Positions 35,901-47,900 of a stretch of DNA of 64,000 nucleotides are shown in pieces. Location of the stretch: the NCBI RefSeq assembly GCF_037042905.1, contig NC_087245.1, forward strand, positions 42,906,001 to 42,970,000. The letters are read 5' to 3'. How positions within the stretch are numbered: the stretch's first letter is position 1; every line of letters begins with the position of its first letter. This DNA comes from Lytechinus pictus (taxonomy: Eukaryota). The notes beneath the pieces were generated by a model, which was not told the origin of the DNA, made no database searches, and saw only the letters and a list, made by a program, of their open reading frames with translations. The position numbers were made by a program, and so were the translations under genes.

Positions 35901-38900
35901 TGTGGCCATGCCCCCTAGAAGTGAGGTTGGAAATTGAAATAGGTCCCATTTTGAAGTGAAGGCATTTTCAGCTTTTCATACTTGTTTGAAAGAAATGATT
36001 TCTTTTGCTTGTTTGTTTTTTCTTCATCAACGATTAGACTCTTCTTTCCAGTGAAAGTCTTTTTTTTATCTCTAGTCAAATACATGTTAGACATAGAAAT
36101 AAGACCGATGTTTGATACCCCTTCCCACTGTGAAGCAGAACTAACATGAAACAAATTTCCAATGAAAGCATTATTTAATTCACATTGTTCATCTCTCGTC
36201 TTTCAATTTGAGGGACGTGTTTTCATTCAGCGAGAAATTTACCCACATTGTGCTACAAGTGAGGTAAATGGGTAATGGCAAGAATTAAGTGACTCCTCAA
36301 CAGTGGCGTAGCTACGGGGGGGGGGGGCCTGGGGGGCACGTGCCCCCCCCCCCCTGAGATTTGGTGTGCCCCCCCAGGTGCCCCCCCTGAAAAAATTGGC
36401 AGAGCAAAAAAAAAGGGAGAAGAAGAAAGAAAAAAGGAAAATAAGAAAAGAAAAAAGGAAAAGAAGAAGAAAGACAGAAGAAAAAAAGAAGAGGAAAATA
36501 AGAGGAGGAATTAAGACGAGTGAATGAAATAATGTGAGGGGAAGACTTGCAATAAAAAAAATTATTTTCATGTTACTATATATAATTTTTGCTGGCGCTT
36601 AGCGCCAGAATTGCCTGTTCGATGGGATTCATATCTTGCTCAATAGGCTGATATGGAGCACGTTTTGAAGTCAATATGCAAAACATATTTTAGCTCGGAC
36701 ATCGAGCTTTCACTCTTTTTTTCATTTACAAATTTAAGTGCTCTGTAAACTGTCCGTTTTATGGTCTACATATCAGCATTTTAAGCTCTCGCTGCGTGGT
36801 CACATTGTTTGATTTGCCAAGTTCATATTGTCTACGTGTATTCCATAATGTTCCATTAAACAAATGTATTCAGAATGCCCAGATTCTAGGTCTAAATCTA
36901 AAACATGTGCGATAGCCTGCATGTTCTTTGTTTAAAATGTACTTAAATTATCCAGTTTCACATCAGAATATCAATAATTGTCTGCTCACGCTTCACGATC
37001 GCATTATTAATGATACCCAATTGACTATATCCTATTTATGACTTACAAAATATGAATAGAGTGTCTCGCTTTTAGGTCTAAAATCTCAATTTTCTTCCTC
37101 TCGCGCTTCGCGCTCGCATCAATTGTTTAGTTATATACCTATCACATTTATTAATACAAAAAGTGCTTAGAATGACCATTTTTTAGGTCGGAATGTCAAA
37201 AAATTTGCTCGCGCTTCGCGCTCGCATTATTGAAATATATACCATCTTCGTGGGTAACTGTAAGTATTCATTAACAGGTCCCTTTTCTATAATGCTAGAA
37301 AAGTTGATAAAAATTTCTGATCGCGCTTGGCGTTCGCAGTAACCATCTACATACGAATCTTGCTCAGGATCACACATAACATTGCCTAGAAAATTAAATT
37401 TTCAGGAAAAAATACATTAAAGTTAAAAAAAAATCGCTCGCGCTTCGCGCTCGCACTTTTTATAAGGCTTATGAGATTATTTCATGTTTATGTTGTTTTA
37501 TAAGAATAAAACTAAGAAGTGACTGATATAGGTGAAGATAATTTCGGGGCTCGTCCCCTATTGGCGAAAGTCGGATCCGCCCTTGTGGACACATACACAC
37601 TCACCGGAAAAATGGCCGGTGCCCCCCCCCCCTGAAAAAGCAAGGACCCCCCAGTGCCCCCCCGGGAAAAAAATCCTAGCTACGCCACTGCTCCTCAAAA
37701 AGCTTTGGGCACCGGAATAGGTAGACTAGCTCAGCAGGGGGAATATAGGAGCGCCTTGACCAAGGTGGATACGTGCGCTATATAAATCCTACCTTATTCA
37801 TTATTATCTTCCAGAAAGTAAAGATATCTGCGAAATCGAACGTGATGGAGGGGGAGAGGAGAGCGAGTGCTCAAAGGAAGAACTCGATGCATCGGGGGCG
37901 CAGTATGGAAGAGCCTTATGGTTTCTCGTCGGTCAGGGATTCATTGGGGTAGGCTCTACTGGATACTGGACCCTTGGACTAACATACATGGACGACGGTT
38001 TGCCTTCCAAGACAGCCCCTTATATGTATTTTGGTACGTCAAAAACCCTGTCTTATGATTCTAAAATCCGATATCAATGTCAGCCCCCCCCCCCTCCTCG
38101 AACCATTTTTTTCATGGGTGGATAGATCATTTCGCAAACGAGTCTTTTTTTTTTCAACATAATGACATTCCTTTTATTATTATTTCTTTCATAAGCCCTC
38201 CATTGTGCAGGTGTGTGAAGATGCACACCTACAAAACATACTAAACAAAGAAACAAGACGTCTCGAAGAAGAAATCTGTGTATAAAAAACAAAGAAAATA
38301 TATAAATAAACACACAAATAAATGAAATAAAATAAATAAATATTAAATGAATGAATAAATAAATAGAAGATTCGGAGCTCCTCTTCTTTGCATTATTTTA
38401 TCCACAGCTACACTGTTTATGTTGGTCAGCGTGTCACCCCTAGCAGCTTTTGCACTCAGTGGATTCGCACTGTCCTTACACACCGATTTCTACAAAATTG
38501 ACGTCCACGAACTGGGCTACGGAAGTAAAGACCCTCGATGGATAGGTGCCTGGTGGCTCGGGTATGTCATCTACGGGCTATTGATGGGCCTAATTGCAAT
38601 ACCATACTTCTTTTTCCCAAAGGTATGACTTCTAGAAGAAACTGGTTAGTCATTTTTTAAATATGGGCCTATATTACATCTGAACATTTGGGAATAATAA
38701 TTTCCACTTCAGTGCCAATAGACCAATTATACATCTGGGAAGCATTTCGTGAATTGACTTGCCGGAGGTTTTTTTTCCGACAGTTACCATAGTAACAGTG
38801 CTTCTCAGTCAATAAAAATCCAGGAAAGTTGTCAGACCTGACAACTTGTCAGACAACAAATGTTACTTAAATGCTCCCCTGGCACGGTGCTAGCATCAAA

Positions 38901-41900
38901 ATGGCAAACTGCGGGATGATTTTTGATATATTTGGAAATACGTAGTTCTAGTGCTGCAAAATTTTGCCAAGCTAACTTTCTACCATAGATTTGATCTACG
39001 CGATCACATTCACGCCAGATCAGAATATATGTGGCCTGGGTCCTGTTGCTTAAAAGTTGCTATCATGGCAAATTTGCCATCTAATGATAACTACCATGGT
39101 AACATGTCCCAACAGCCAATCAAAATTAAGGATTCCATGCTAGTTACCATCGGATGCAAAATAACCGCGATAGTAACTTCTATGCAACGGGCCCAGGTTG
39201 GTCTCGCCTGGCAAGGTTACCGTCGTCAGTCTACCGTGATCAACGTCACAATACCTCGATAGACATCGCTGTTCGCATATTTTGCACGACGATGTCCAAA
39301 ATAGTCACATATGAAGATCAATCGCCCCGATCAAGAAGATTGACCATGATCAACCCTTCGATAAATTTTCTTAATCGAGCGTGATCGAATTGCGCAGTTT
39401 AGCAGTGGGTATATAGGGAAATTATCAAAGTATTACATACCTTGAATAAGGTCCACACTGCACAGATTGATTGTTACGTTTCTTATCCCCGAAAGATGTG
39501 GCCAGAAAAGGATGTTCCGATGGATGATATGAAAGAGAAAAACGTAATCGAAGAAGATGATGATCAGCCTACCGCAGCATTCTTGATAAAGAGCAACCTT
39601 CCTGACCCTGACTCAACGATCCTGGGAATGATCAAGGGTAATTATGTTGTTTTGTTTAATGGAGGGGGGGGGGGGCTTCAAACCTACGAAGTAATACAAT
39701 GCATAAACGATATTGTGTCTCGCCCACTTATGAAAATAACCAGAAATATCGTGATTTGCGAGGGCACGCAACAGAATTGTATCGAAACTTCGTTGTGAAA
39801 TGACTGGGATGGAATAACACATGTCATAAGAGTCTTTAACGTAAACTTTAACGTTGACCTCAAAATGAAGTTTGACCATACCATGTGACCTCCGAACACA
39901 ATAACATGCAGGTCTCCTAAGTACACCTACAACCCAAGTTTGGTATAAAAGTGATTTACGGTTGCAGAGTTATGCGTCATATCACTAACCTCAAAATGAC
40001 CTTTGACCTTACCATGTGACCTCTGATTGCGCCATGATGTGCAGGTCTCATCAACACATCTACAACCCAAGTTCGGGTGAAAAGTGGCTTGCGGTTGCAG
40101 AGTTAGGTGTCATAAAAGAGTTATGCATGTAAATTGTAACGTTGACCTGAAAATGACCTTTGACCATACAATGTGACCTCCGACTGCAACATAACATGCA
40201 GGTTCCCCAAGTACATCTACCATCTAAGTATGGTTGAAAAGTGATTTACGGTTGTGGAGTTAGGTGTCATAAGAGAGTCTTGCATGTAAACTTTAACGTT
40301 GACCTGAAAATTACCTTTGACCTTACCATGTGACCTCCGACTGCAGCATATCATGCAGGTCCCCCAAGTACATGTACCATCAAAGTTTGGCTGAAAAGTG
40401 CCCTACGGTTGCGGAGTTAGGCGTTCATAAGAGAGTATTGCTTGTAAACTTTAACGTTGGCCTGAAAATTACCTTTGACCATACCATGTGACCTCCGACT
40501 GCAGCATAACATGCAGGACCCCAAGTACATCTACCATCCAAGTTTGGTTGAAAAGTGACTTACGGTTGGGGAGTTAGGTGTCATCACAGAGTCTCGCATG
40601 TAAGCTTTAAAGTTGACATGAAAATGACCTTTGACCTTACTGCAGCATAACATGCAGGTCCCTCAAGCACATCTACCATCCAAGTTTGGTTGAAAAGTGA
40701 CTTACGGTTGCGGAGTTATCTGTCATAACAATCCTCACGGACGCTAATATTAGGGTCCCCTTACACATAAGTTAACGCTTAATCATACACTTGATTTTTA
40801 AGATTGATTGTACATTATAGTCAATAGAATCAAACGTAGAAAACTGCTCTACAATCAATGCTAAGCTTTGTGTTACAGGGGGGTTACAGGCCCTACAGAT
40901 CTGTTTTTCGTGTGCAAAATTCTTTCCCGCGACACCCGCACCATACATGCATGTACATTACGACTGATGGCTGGAGATATTCGAAATGCAGGACCTACAA
41001 TAGATTATGACATGGATAAGAAAGTGGTTTTTCAAACAAATCGAGTACATATTGAGTGAGGAAAAAGTTACTGAATTACGGCTTAGATAAAGATCATTAC
41101 AGTCCATCTAATCGATATTGCATTTAATGTGGATTATTGGTGGATCTCTGGCAATTGATTCCATGGGTCAAATCACCTCCCCAGCCGAAACCATTTCGCA
41201 TGCGTTGATTATGTACACAGCATGTATACGTCTGAACACGTACCAGCCAAATTTGCGGGTTTTTTTCTTTTGTTTACTCCTACACAAACGATATGCCTCT
41301 AGCACACAATGTAATGGGCATTATGTTTTACTTTCCCCAGAAATGGGGATTAGATTCGAATTCCCGGGGGGACCACTTCCATTGATGAGTGGATACCAGG
41401 CACGACCATGCAGTTTCGAAAAGCACCCTAAACAAGGGAAGCAAGGCTTTTCCAGATTATGAAAATGCATCTCTTAACAAATATTTAGTTTGTGAAACCC
41501 TACAAGTATTGAAAACATATCCTCCTTTTCAGTATTTTAAACATCGTTTTTGACACCCTTATAACGTTACATAGGCCTATACGTAACGTACTTGCCCACT
41601 CTTTCCCTTTTTACGCGTGGTCGCGCCTGGTATCCACTCTTCAATGGAAGTGGGCCCCCCGGGCGGCCTTTCGAGCTCTGGGAGGAACCAAATGTGGCTT
41701 TGGAAAGTCGTCCTAAATCGGATATATCGCTGTTACCATAGTAGCTACCCGAATTTTGCACACGAAACGCAGATTGAATGTTTCCGTTCCAGATGTGAAA
41801 CGAAAAAAAATCTCATGTCACACAATTTGCAAATTGACCATGACGACGGGCCCAAAAGTCTCTTCCAAAATCAACTACCGTCGCAAATAAGCGTTCGCGT

Positions 41901-44900
41901 TCTCCAACGAAAGGTCGGGAAGGTTTGTGACGGACGACGGACGGACGGGCGACATATGGATCCCTAAGTCTCGCCTTCACCTCTGGTGGGCGAGACAAAA
42001 ATGACAGTCGGAGATTATGTAATGAAACAGGCGTGTTACTTTATCAGTGTAAGAATCATAATAATAATAATAATAATAGGCATTTATAAACTTCTGTTAG
42101 GTATGCTTTAAGCTCTCAGAAAGAGATATCATAAAAGTAGTTCTCAAAATGAATAAGTCTATTTCCCAAGTGAGTTAAATTAATGTTTTTTTAATTCTTG
42201 GAACATAATAACCTGTAACATGTTATAATGTAGCGGGGCAGCTTTGCAAGACGGCCGCTGGCCGCCCACCGTTTGCTGGACAGTCTGGACATTCCAAACA
42301 CAGCCGGCCTGACCCAGAAAATCCGGCAACTAAATCTAACCATCATGGAATGTAAACAGTGCAAGAAGGCAAACAAACTTTTTATCAAAAACAACAAAAT
42401 CTCTATTTTCCACCCCGCTATAATAGTAGGCCTGCATTGTGCTTGCTATGTTTGGCAAGCCTGTGGCAAGCTTCCGGGTTGTTAAAAAAAGGCTATGATA
42501 TTTTGACGCTTAAAAAAGATCGAGGATGTTCTATGATCATATTCATGTGAATAAAGGTGATAAGTAAGATATGTATGTAGCATATTTTCTTTTCATGATT
42601 TTTTAAAATACAAAATGGTTCATTAATCTGTCTATCTTTCTACATACAGGCTACTTCTCCGCTGTTCGTCGCCTTGCTACCAACATGACGTACTCGACTG
42701 TAATTATGTCATCAGTTGCCGATTCCATTATGTTCAGTGGATTCTTTTCGTTTCTTGGGCGCTACCTGCAGACACAATATGACGTCACACCATCGATGAC
42801 GTCAATTATACTTGGTGAGCTTAAAACTGAGACGAATTCGGCAAGGGACATGTCTGATTCGATATTAAATCCATGTCGTTATACATCGATTTCACTTATA
42901 CGGCTGTGAGTTGATAACCTTTACGATTAAGCGTAAGATACGTGTAGACTAAATCTGTTATGTGGACAACTTAATGAATCATCCGAACTGTCAGTGGAAT
43001 GTGAATTTCTGCAGTGGGAAATAGAGCAACGGGATCCATTTCCAGATTGTTTTAATCCAACTAACAGAACAAGTACGATTTCCTGGTTACACTTCGTAAT
43101 TCTTCTTAAGGTTCGTTATTCGGAAGGTTGGTAATTCCGAAACACGTAAATTGCCCATATCTTGATGTTCGTTAATCCGAACATTTGTGGCGTTATTCCG
43201 AAGGTTCGTTAGTCCAAAAATGAAATAAGGTTCGTTGTTCCGAAGGTTTGATAATCCGAAAAATGAAATGCTTGGTGGCGAAGCCAGGAAAACCGGAAGG
43301 GTAAGCAAGGTGGAGGGGGCAAAGGAGAGAAAAAAAGAACAAAGCCTGTTGGAAGTGATTTCTGATATATATCTTAGGTTTTATTTTTCGCGAGAGAGTG
43401 TTACGAGCGATGGGTTTGGAAAATTTTTCAAAGCTGATGTTGTAAAAATCGTTTTTTGGGTCAATTACTGTTAAAATGCATCCTTGGGAGTAGTTGCGAG
43501 CGTGAATCGCAAGCTCAAACTCTTGGACTTTTAAAAAAGAAATGGAAATGAAACATTCTGAGCAGGTTTTGCAATCATTAAAAAGATGTGCATCTAACTG
43601 AAGAATTAACATGGGCGCGAAGTGTTAGCTGAAATATATTATATTGACAAGAAAAGGAACTTGTAAAGGACTGCGTTTAGTGACTCATGAATAAAATACA
43701 TCGAATAATGCGAGTGCGAAGCGCGAGCTAAAAATATATTCCAGCCAGAAAACTGGCCTAACCCTTTTTATAACCAGAAACGGTGAGTACCTTACTAAAC
43801 AATTTCTGATATCAATAACCAAAAAAAAAAGGGATTTTCTAATCTAAATTGTATACTTTAAAAGGGGTACTTTAAGAAAAACGGCACATTTCATTTTGGG
43901 AAAAAACAAGGGGAATTCCTATTTTGTAAAAAATAGTATTAATACAGGAATTTGTTTGGGGGTGCAAGTGCCCCCTGCCCCCCCCCCCCCGCTTTCACCT
44001 GTGGGAAGGGGCTGATCTATCGTTACCAGGGGCGTTTACGTACGCAGAATTCTCTCAAAGGGATGATCATAAACTTATAAGGCTAGTTCATGTTTTTCTC
44101 TCATTGCTATACCTGCAAATATTTATTCTATTATTCATATTATTTATCCGGTTTAATGTATTTTAAAGACGACTCGGCGATTTAAAATGATTTATAGGTC
44201 GGCGAACAAAGCCAGGTCATGAAGGTGTTTGTAATTTGGAATGGCGCGGTTGACGAGGTGATACGTCACAATGGTGCGCCAGACGGTATTGTTTATGCGC
44301 ACAATGACAATAATTTATACTGGGCGCAAGGAGCGCTCATATTTTGGCGCGCGCGCCTAGGCGAAGGCGCGAAAAATCCTTCATTTTAGTCTTGGCTTTC
44401 AACGGAGATGAACGTCCAAAATATTCGCTTGTAATTTTTCTACAAAGTACAACGAGATCTACAAGAATTTTTGTTGAAACCATCATCGATCGGGAATCAT
44501 CTTAATTTTGCTTAATGCAGCTGTAAATGCTGTCCGAATTACTTGAGGATTCTCTATTTCTTGCCTGGCCTAACGATTAACCGTCTGCTTTGAACCGAGT
44601 TTTATACGACGGTACCGTACGAGGAGCTACGCTACGTGTTGTCGCTATAACTTAAGTATAACACTAGCGCTTAGCAGTAGCACTAGCAGTAGCAGATCGG
44701 CTGGGTCCTAGAACTTTTTGGTTTCAGCAACGATGAGAAATTGACTCGAGATGGAATTCCGTTCAACGACGTACGGTCGACTGGGATTCATCATGATTAT
44801 GAGTATTGAATGTTACGGTAGTCAGAGCCCGAGTCAGAGGTCCTACTACTACTAGCTCCCGAGACCGAGTATGATGCGAAGCCTGTGGCTGAGCCGAGGC

Positions 44901-47900
44901 AACGGTCTGGATTAGCAGACGGAAAGGGGTCGGTACCAGACAATTTACAAGTTCCAGTCTCTGCAAGACCTAGCCTATCCGGTGAGTACGGAAGCAGGAA
45001 TAGATCTAGGCTAGACTCAGTTTCAGTCTGGATTAGTGTTAGTAAAAATAGTATACTAAACTAAAGTACTAGGCTAGTAGTAGTAGGCCTAGGCCTAACT
45101 TAATTAAGCCTATTGTTAATGTTAGTTAGGCTTGTTGAATGATCGAGGCCTGCTACAGAGTACAGTGCTAGTACAAGTAGTACTAGTAGTATCGGGGTGA
45201 TTTGTAACTTGTGGAGTTTTCTTAGTTTAAACTAGCGCAAGTAGGCCTGCCTAGGCCTTAGTCTGAGATTTAAAAAAAAAAAAAAAAAAAAATCAGGTTC
45301 TTATTGGTCTGAAGTCGATTAGTTACGCTCTGAGTCTGACACAAAGCTCTTCCATAGTTTCAATTTCATGGCCCTTCAATACCCCCCCCCCCGATTTTTA
45401 CGTTAGCACGCGAAGATCCCATTCCCATGTGCTAGGCAAATCAAATGCCTAACTTTAGGCCCTAGTAAATTTAGTCAGGCAAACAGGGGGGGGGGGGTCT
45501 ATTTGCCATGATTTGGCTTGCTAACGCAATTGGGGATTTACATGTAGGCCTAGCCTAGGACCAAATGTCAAGCCATAGATCCTAGACATAACTTGGACTT
45601 GGCCTGGAATTAATTTTAAACTTGGTCCAAGACCAAGTGTTTTAATTACGATCATGATGGAAAAGGGAGGGGTTAGCTTCAAAAATTTAAGCACAAGCCT
45701 AGCCTGGCCTAGACCTGGTCCTACTTGACTACTTTGTTTTGGTGTCTGAACCAGGTGTGTAATGATGGAGATTGGAGGTTTTGAGAATGAGTTCAACAAT
45801 TATAACGTTGGTTACCGTATAGCGTATATATAGGCGTAGGCCCTAGTGCATCTGCATGACTAGATCTAGGCCTATGGACGGGTATGATATAGCCTAGGCC
45901 CTACGGTTGTAATATATAATTTCGAAGCCGGTGGCTTGGATTTGGCCCAGTGAATGCCAACATTGCGGTTCTAAAAATTCGGCTAGTATCGATAATATGT
46001 ATATACGATGGAAAATCAAAAGGAAATTGTAGTCTATATTGGCGCTAACACTAACAGCTTATTTTAAGGCCTAGTTATGGTCTAGGCTAAGATCTATTTA
46101 GGACCATGATTAATTTTAAGCCACCGTATTTGAAAAATGGTGAGAATAATAGAGGGTCTACTAGTGATTGGCGAAAAGTTTAAACTTTTCGGTATTATTG
46201 ATAAATAATTGAGTGGGAAATGTCACTTTGTTATAAATTTACAAGTAGTCTACTGCACTGCAGCAGTGCATGGTGACACCACAGAGTGAAAGTTGAAACT
46301 AGGCTCGGCCTAACGTTAGATCTACTTACAGTAGACGCGGTTTTACATGTATGTTTGAGGATAGACCCTATTATCAGATGGTTCAGTTAGGCCTACATTA
46401 AAGTAGTATTTGACCTCTATGACGTTTTCTGGATTATGGGCCAGCGAGAGCTGTGTTCTTGGTCGCAAAATTATGTGGATAGACCGGTAGTGGTAATAAT
46501 TATAGATTCTACTCAGCTTTCAAATGTTATTGTTGAATCAGTCATTATTTCGGAAAGTAGCAGATGATGCTTATCATTATGATTATGCGATTAGCATTTT
46601 GTAATAATACACTTTGATAATCATTATAAATATAAATACCTCCACTTGCACCAAGCAGTTCTGTTTATAAAAGTACGCCTTGAAAGGAGGTTGGTTTTGG
46701 GAATTCACTTTGCATGAATTAAATGCCGATGCTTGGTAGAACTGTAAGTAAACTTACCATGCACATGATAAAATGTGGATGTAATTTCGAATTAGCTTGG
46801 AATCCTCAATTTAGTTTAGATTGAAGTCAAGGGGTTCAACGAGCAGTTGTTATAATAGTATGGGCCTCCTAACAAGGAACCTTGATTTTTTTTTAATAAT
46901 GATTTTATATGGTTTATATCTTGTGGAAATGAAAGAATATAAATGCTTAGGCCCTATTGGAATTGAATTACTTGTTTTTATATAGCGCTTTATCAACCTC
47001 TAACCGCTCAAAGCGCTTCAGAATTGAACCTTACACCTCATGGTTCAAGATATATATCAAATAGGCCTATTTGGCTGATCAATGATTTGAACTGAGATAA
47101 TATCGATAGTATCATTTAAAATAATGATAATATATTATAGATTTGGTATACATGATCAAGGCGGCAAATAAAATAATAAATAATGATGATGAGCTTATAA
47201 TTATGAGCTAATTTCTTGAAGGCATTCAGTAGAAATTGATGTAGTCGATTGACATGGGCCTGTGTTGCATGGGCCTGTGTTGGAAAGTGTCTGAAATCTT
47301 GTACCATACTGTAATTTCCCCTTTGTTGCTTCGGGGGACACAATATACGGATGCCTTAATAATGCAATAAGCCATATAGGTATACTGGCCAATCAAACGA
47401 AATTTACCGATTGCTCAATCAGAAACCAGGTTCCAAAAAGTATATCTTCTTCTTGGAATTGGACAGCGTGTGAAATATTCGTGCTGGTGGCCCGTTGATT
47501 ATGAAAATGTATCTAATGGGCTGGATGCAGTAATTTGGCTTGATTATTTCTGCAGTGGTGTAGAGGTAAAACCGAATACTGAAATAAGAATAATAAATAA
47601 TAAAAACGATAAGAGAAGTTATAGTCTAAAATGGAACAGATTATTTGAAGCTTATTGAATCTGGTTTTTAAATATTGTCGAAGTTGCAACACGCACATAT
47701 ATGCAGATGATATTGCATCGCTGGTTGGGGTTATACTGTAAGGAATTTGAAAATAGCAGTTATAAATGAAACATAAGGAGCAGGACTAATGATTACTCTG
47801 TGAAGGCGGTTTCAGATGTTTCGGGAAGCTGCTCGTTTCGTATAAAGCTAAAAATTTAAGTACGCGTATATTGTAAGCTATGATAAAGAGGGCGAAGGAT

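Noticed and set aside
47400..47658. About 85-codon open stretch inside the split-repeat element
   Set aside because: No recognisable gag, RT, RNase H or recombinase motif, and the length is compatible with chance.
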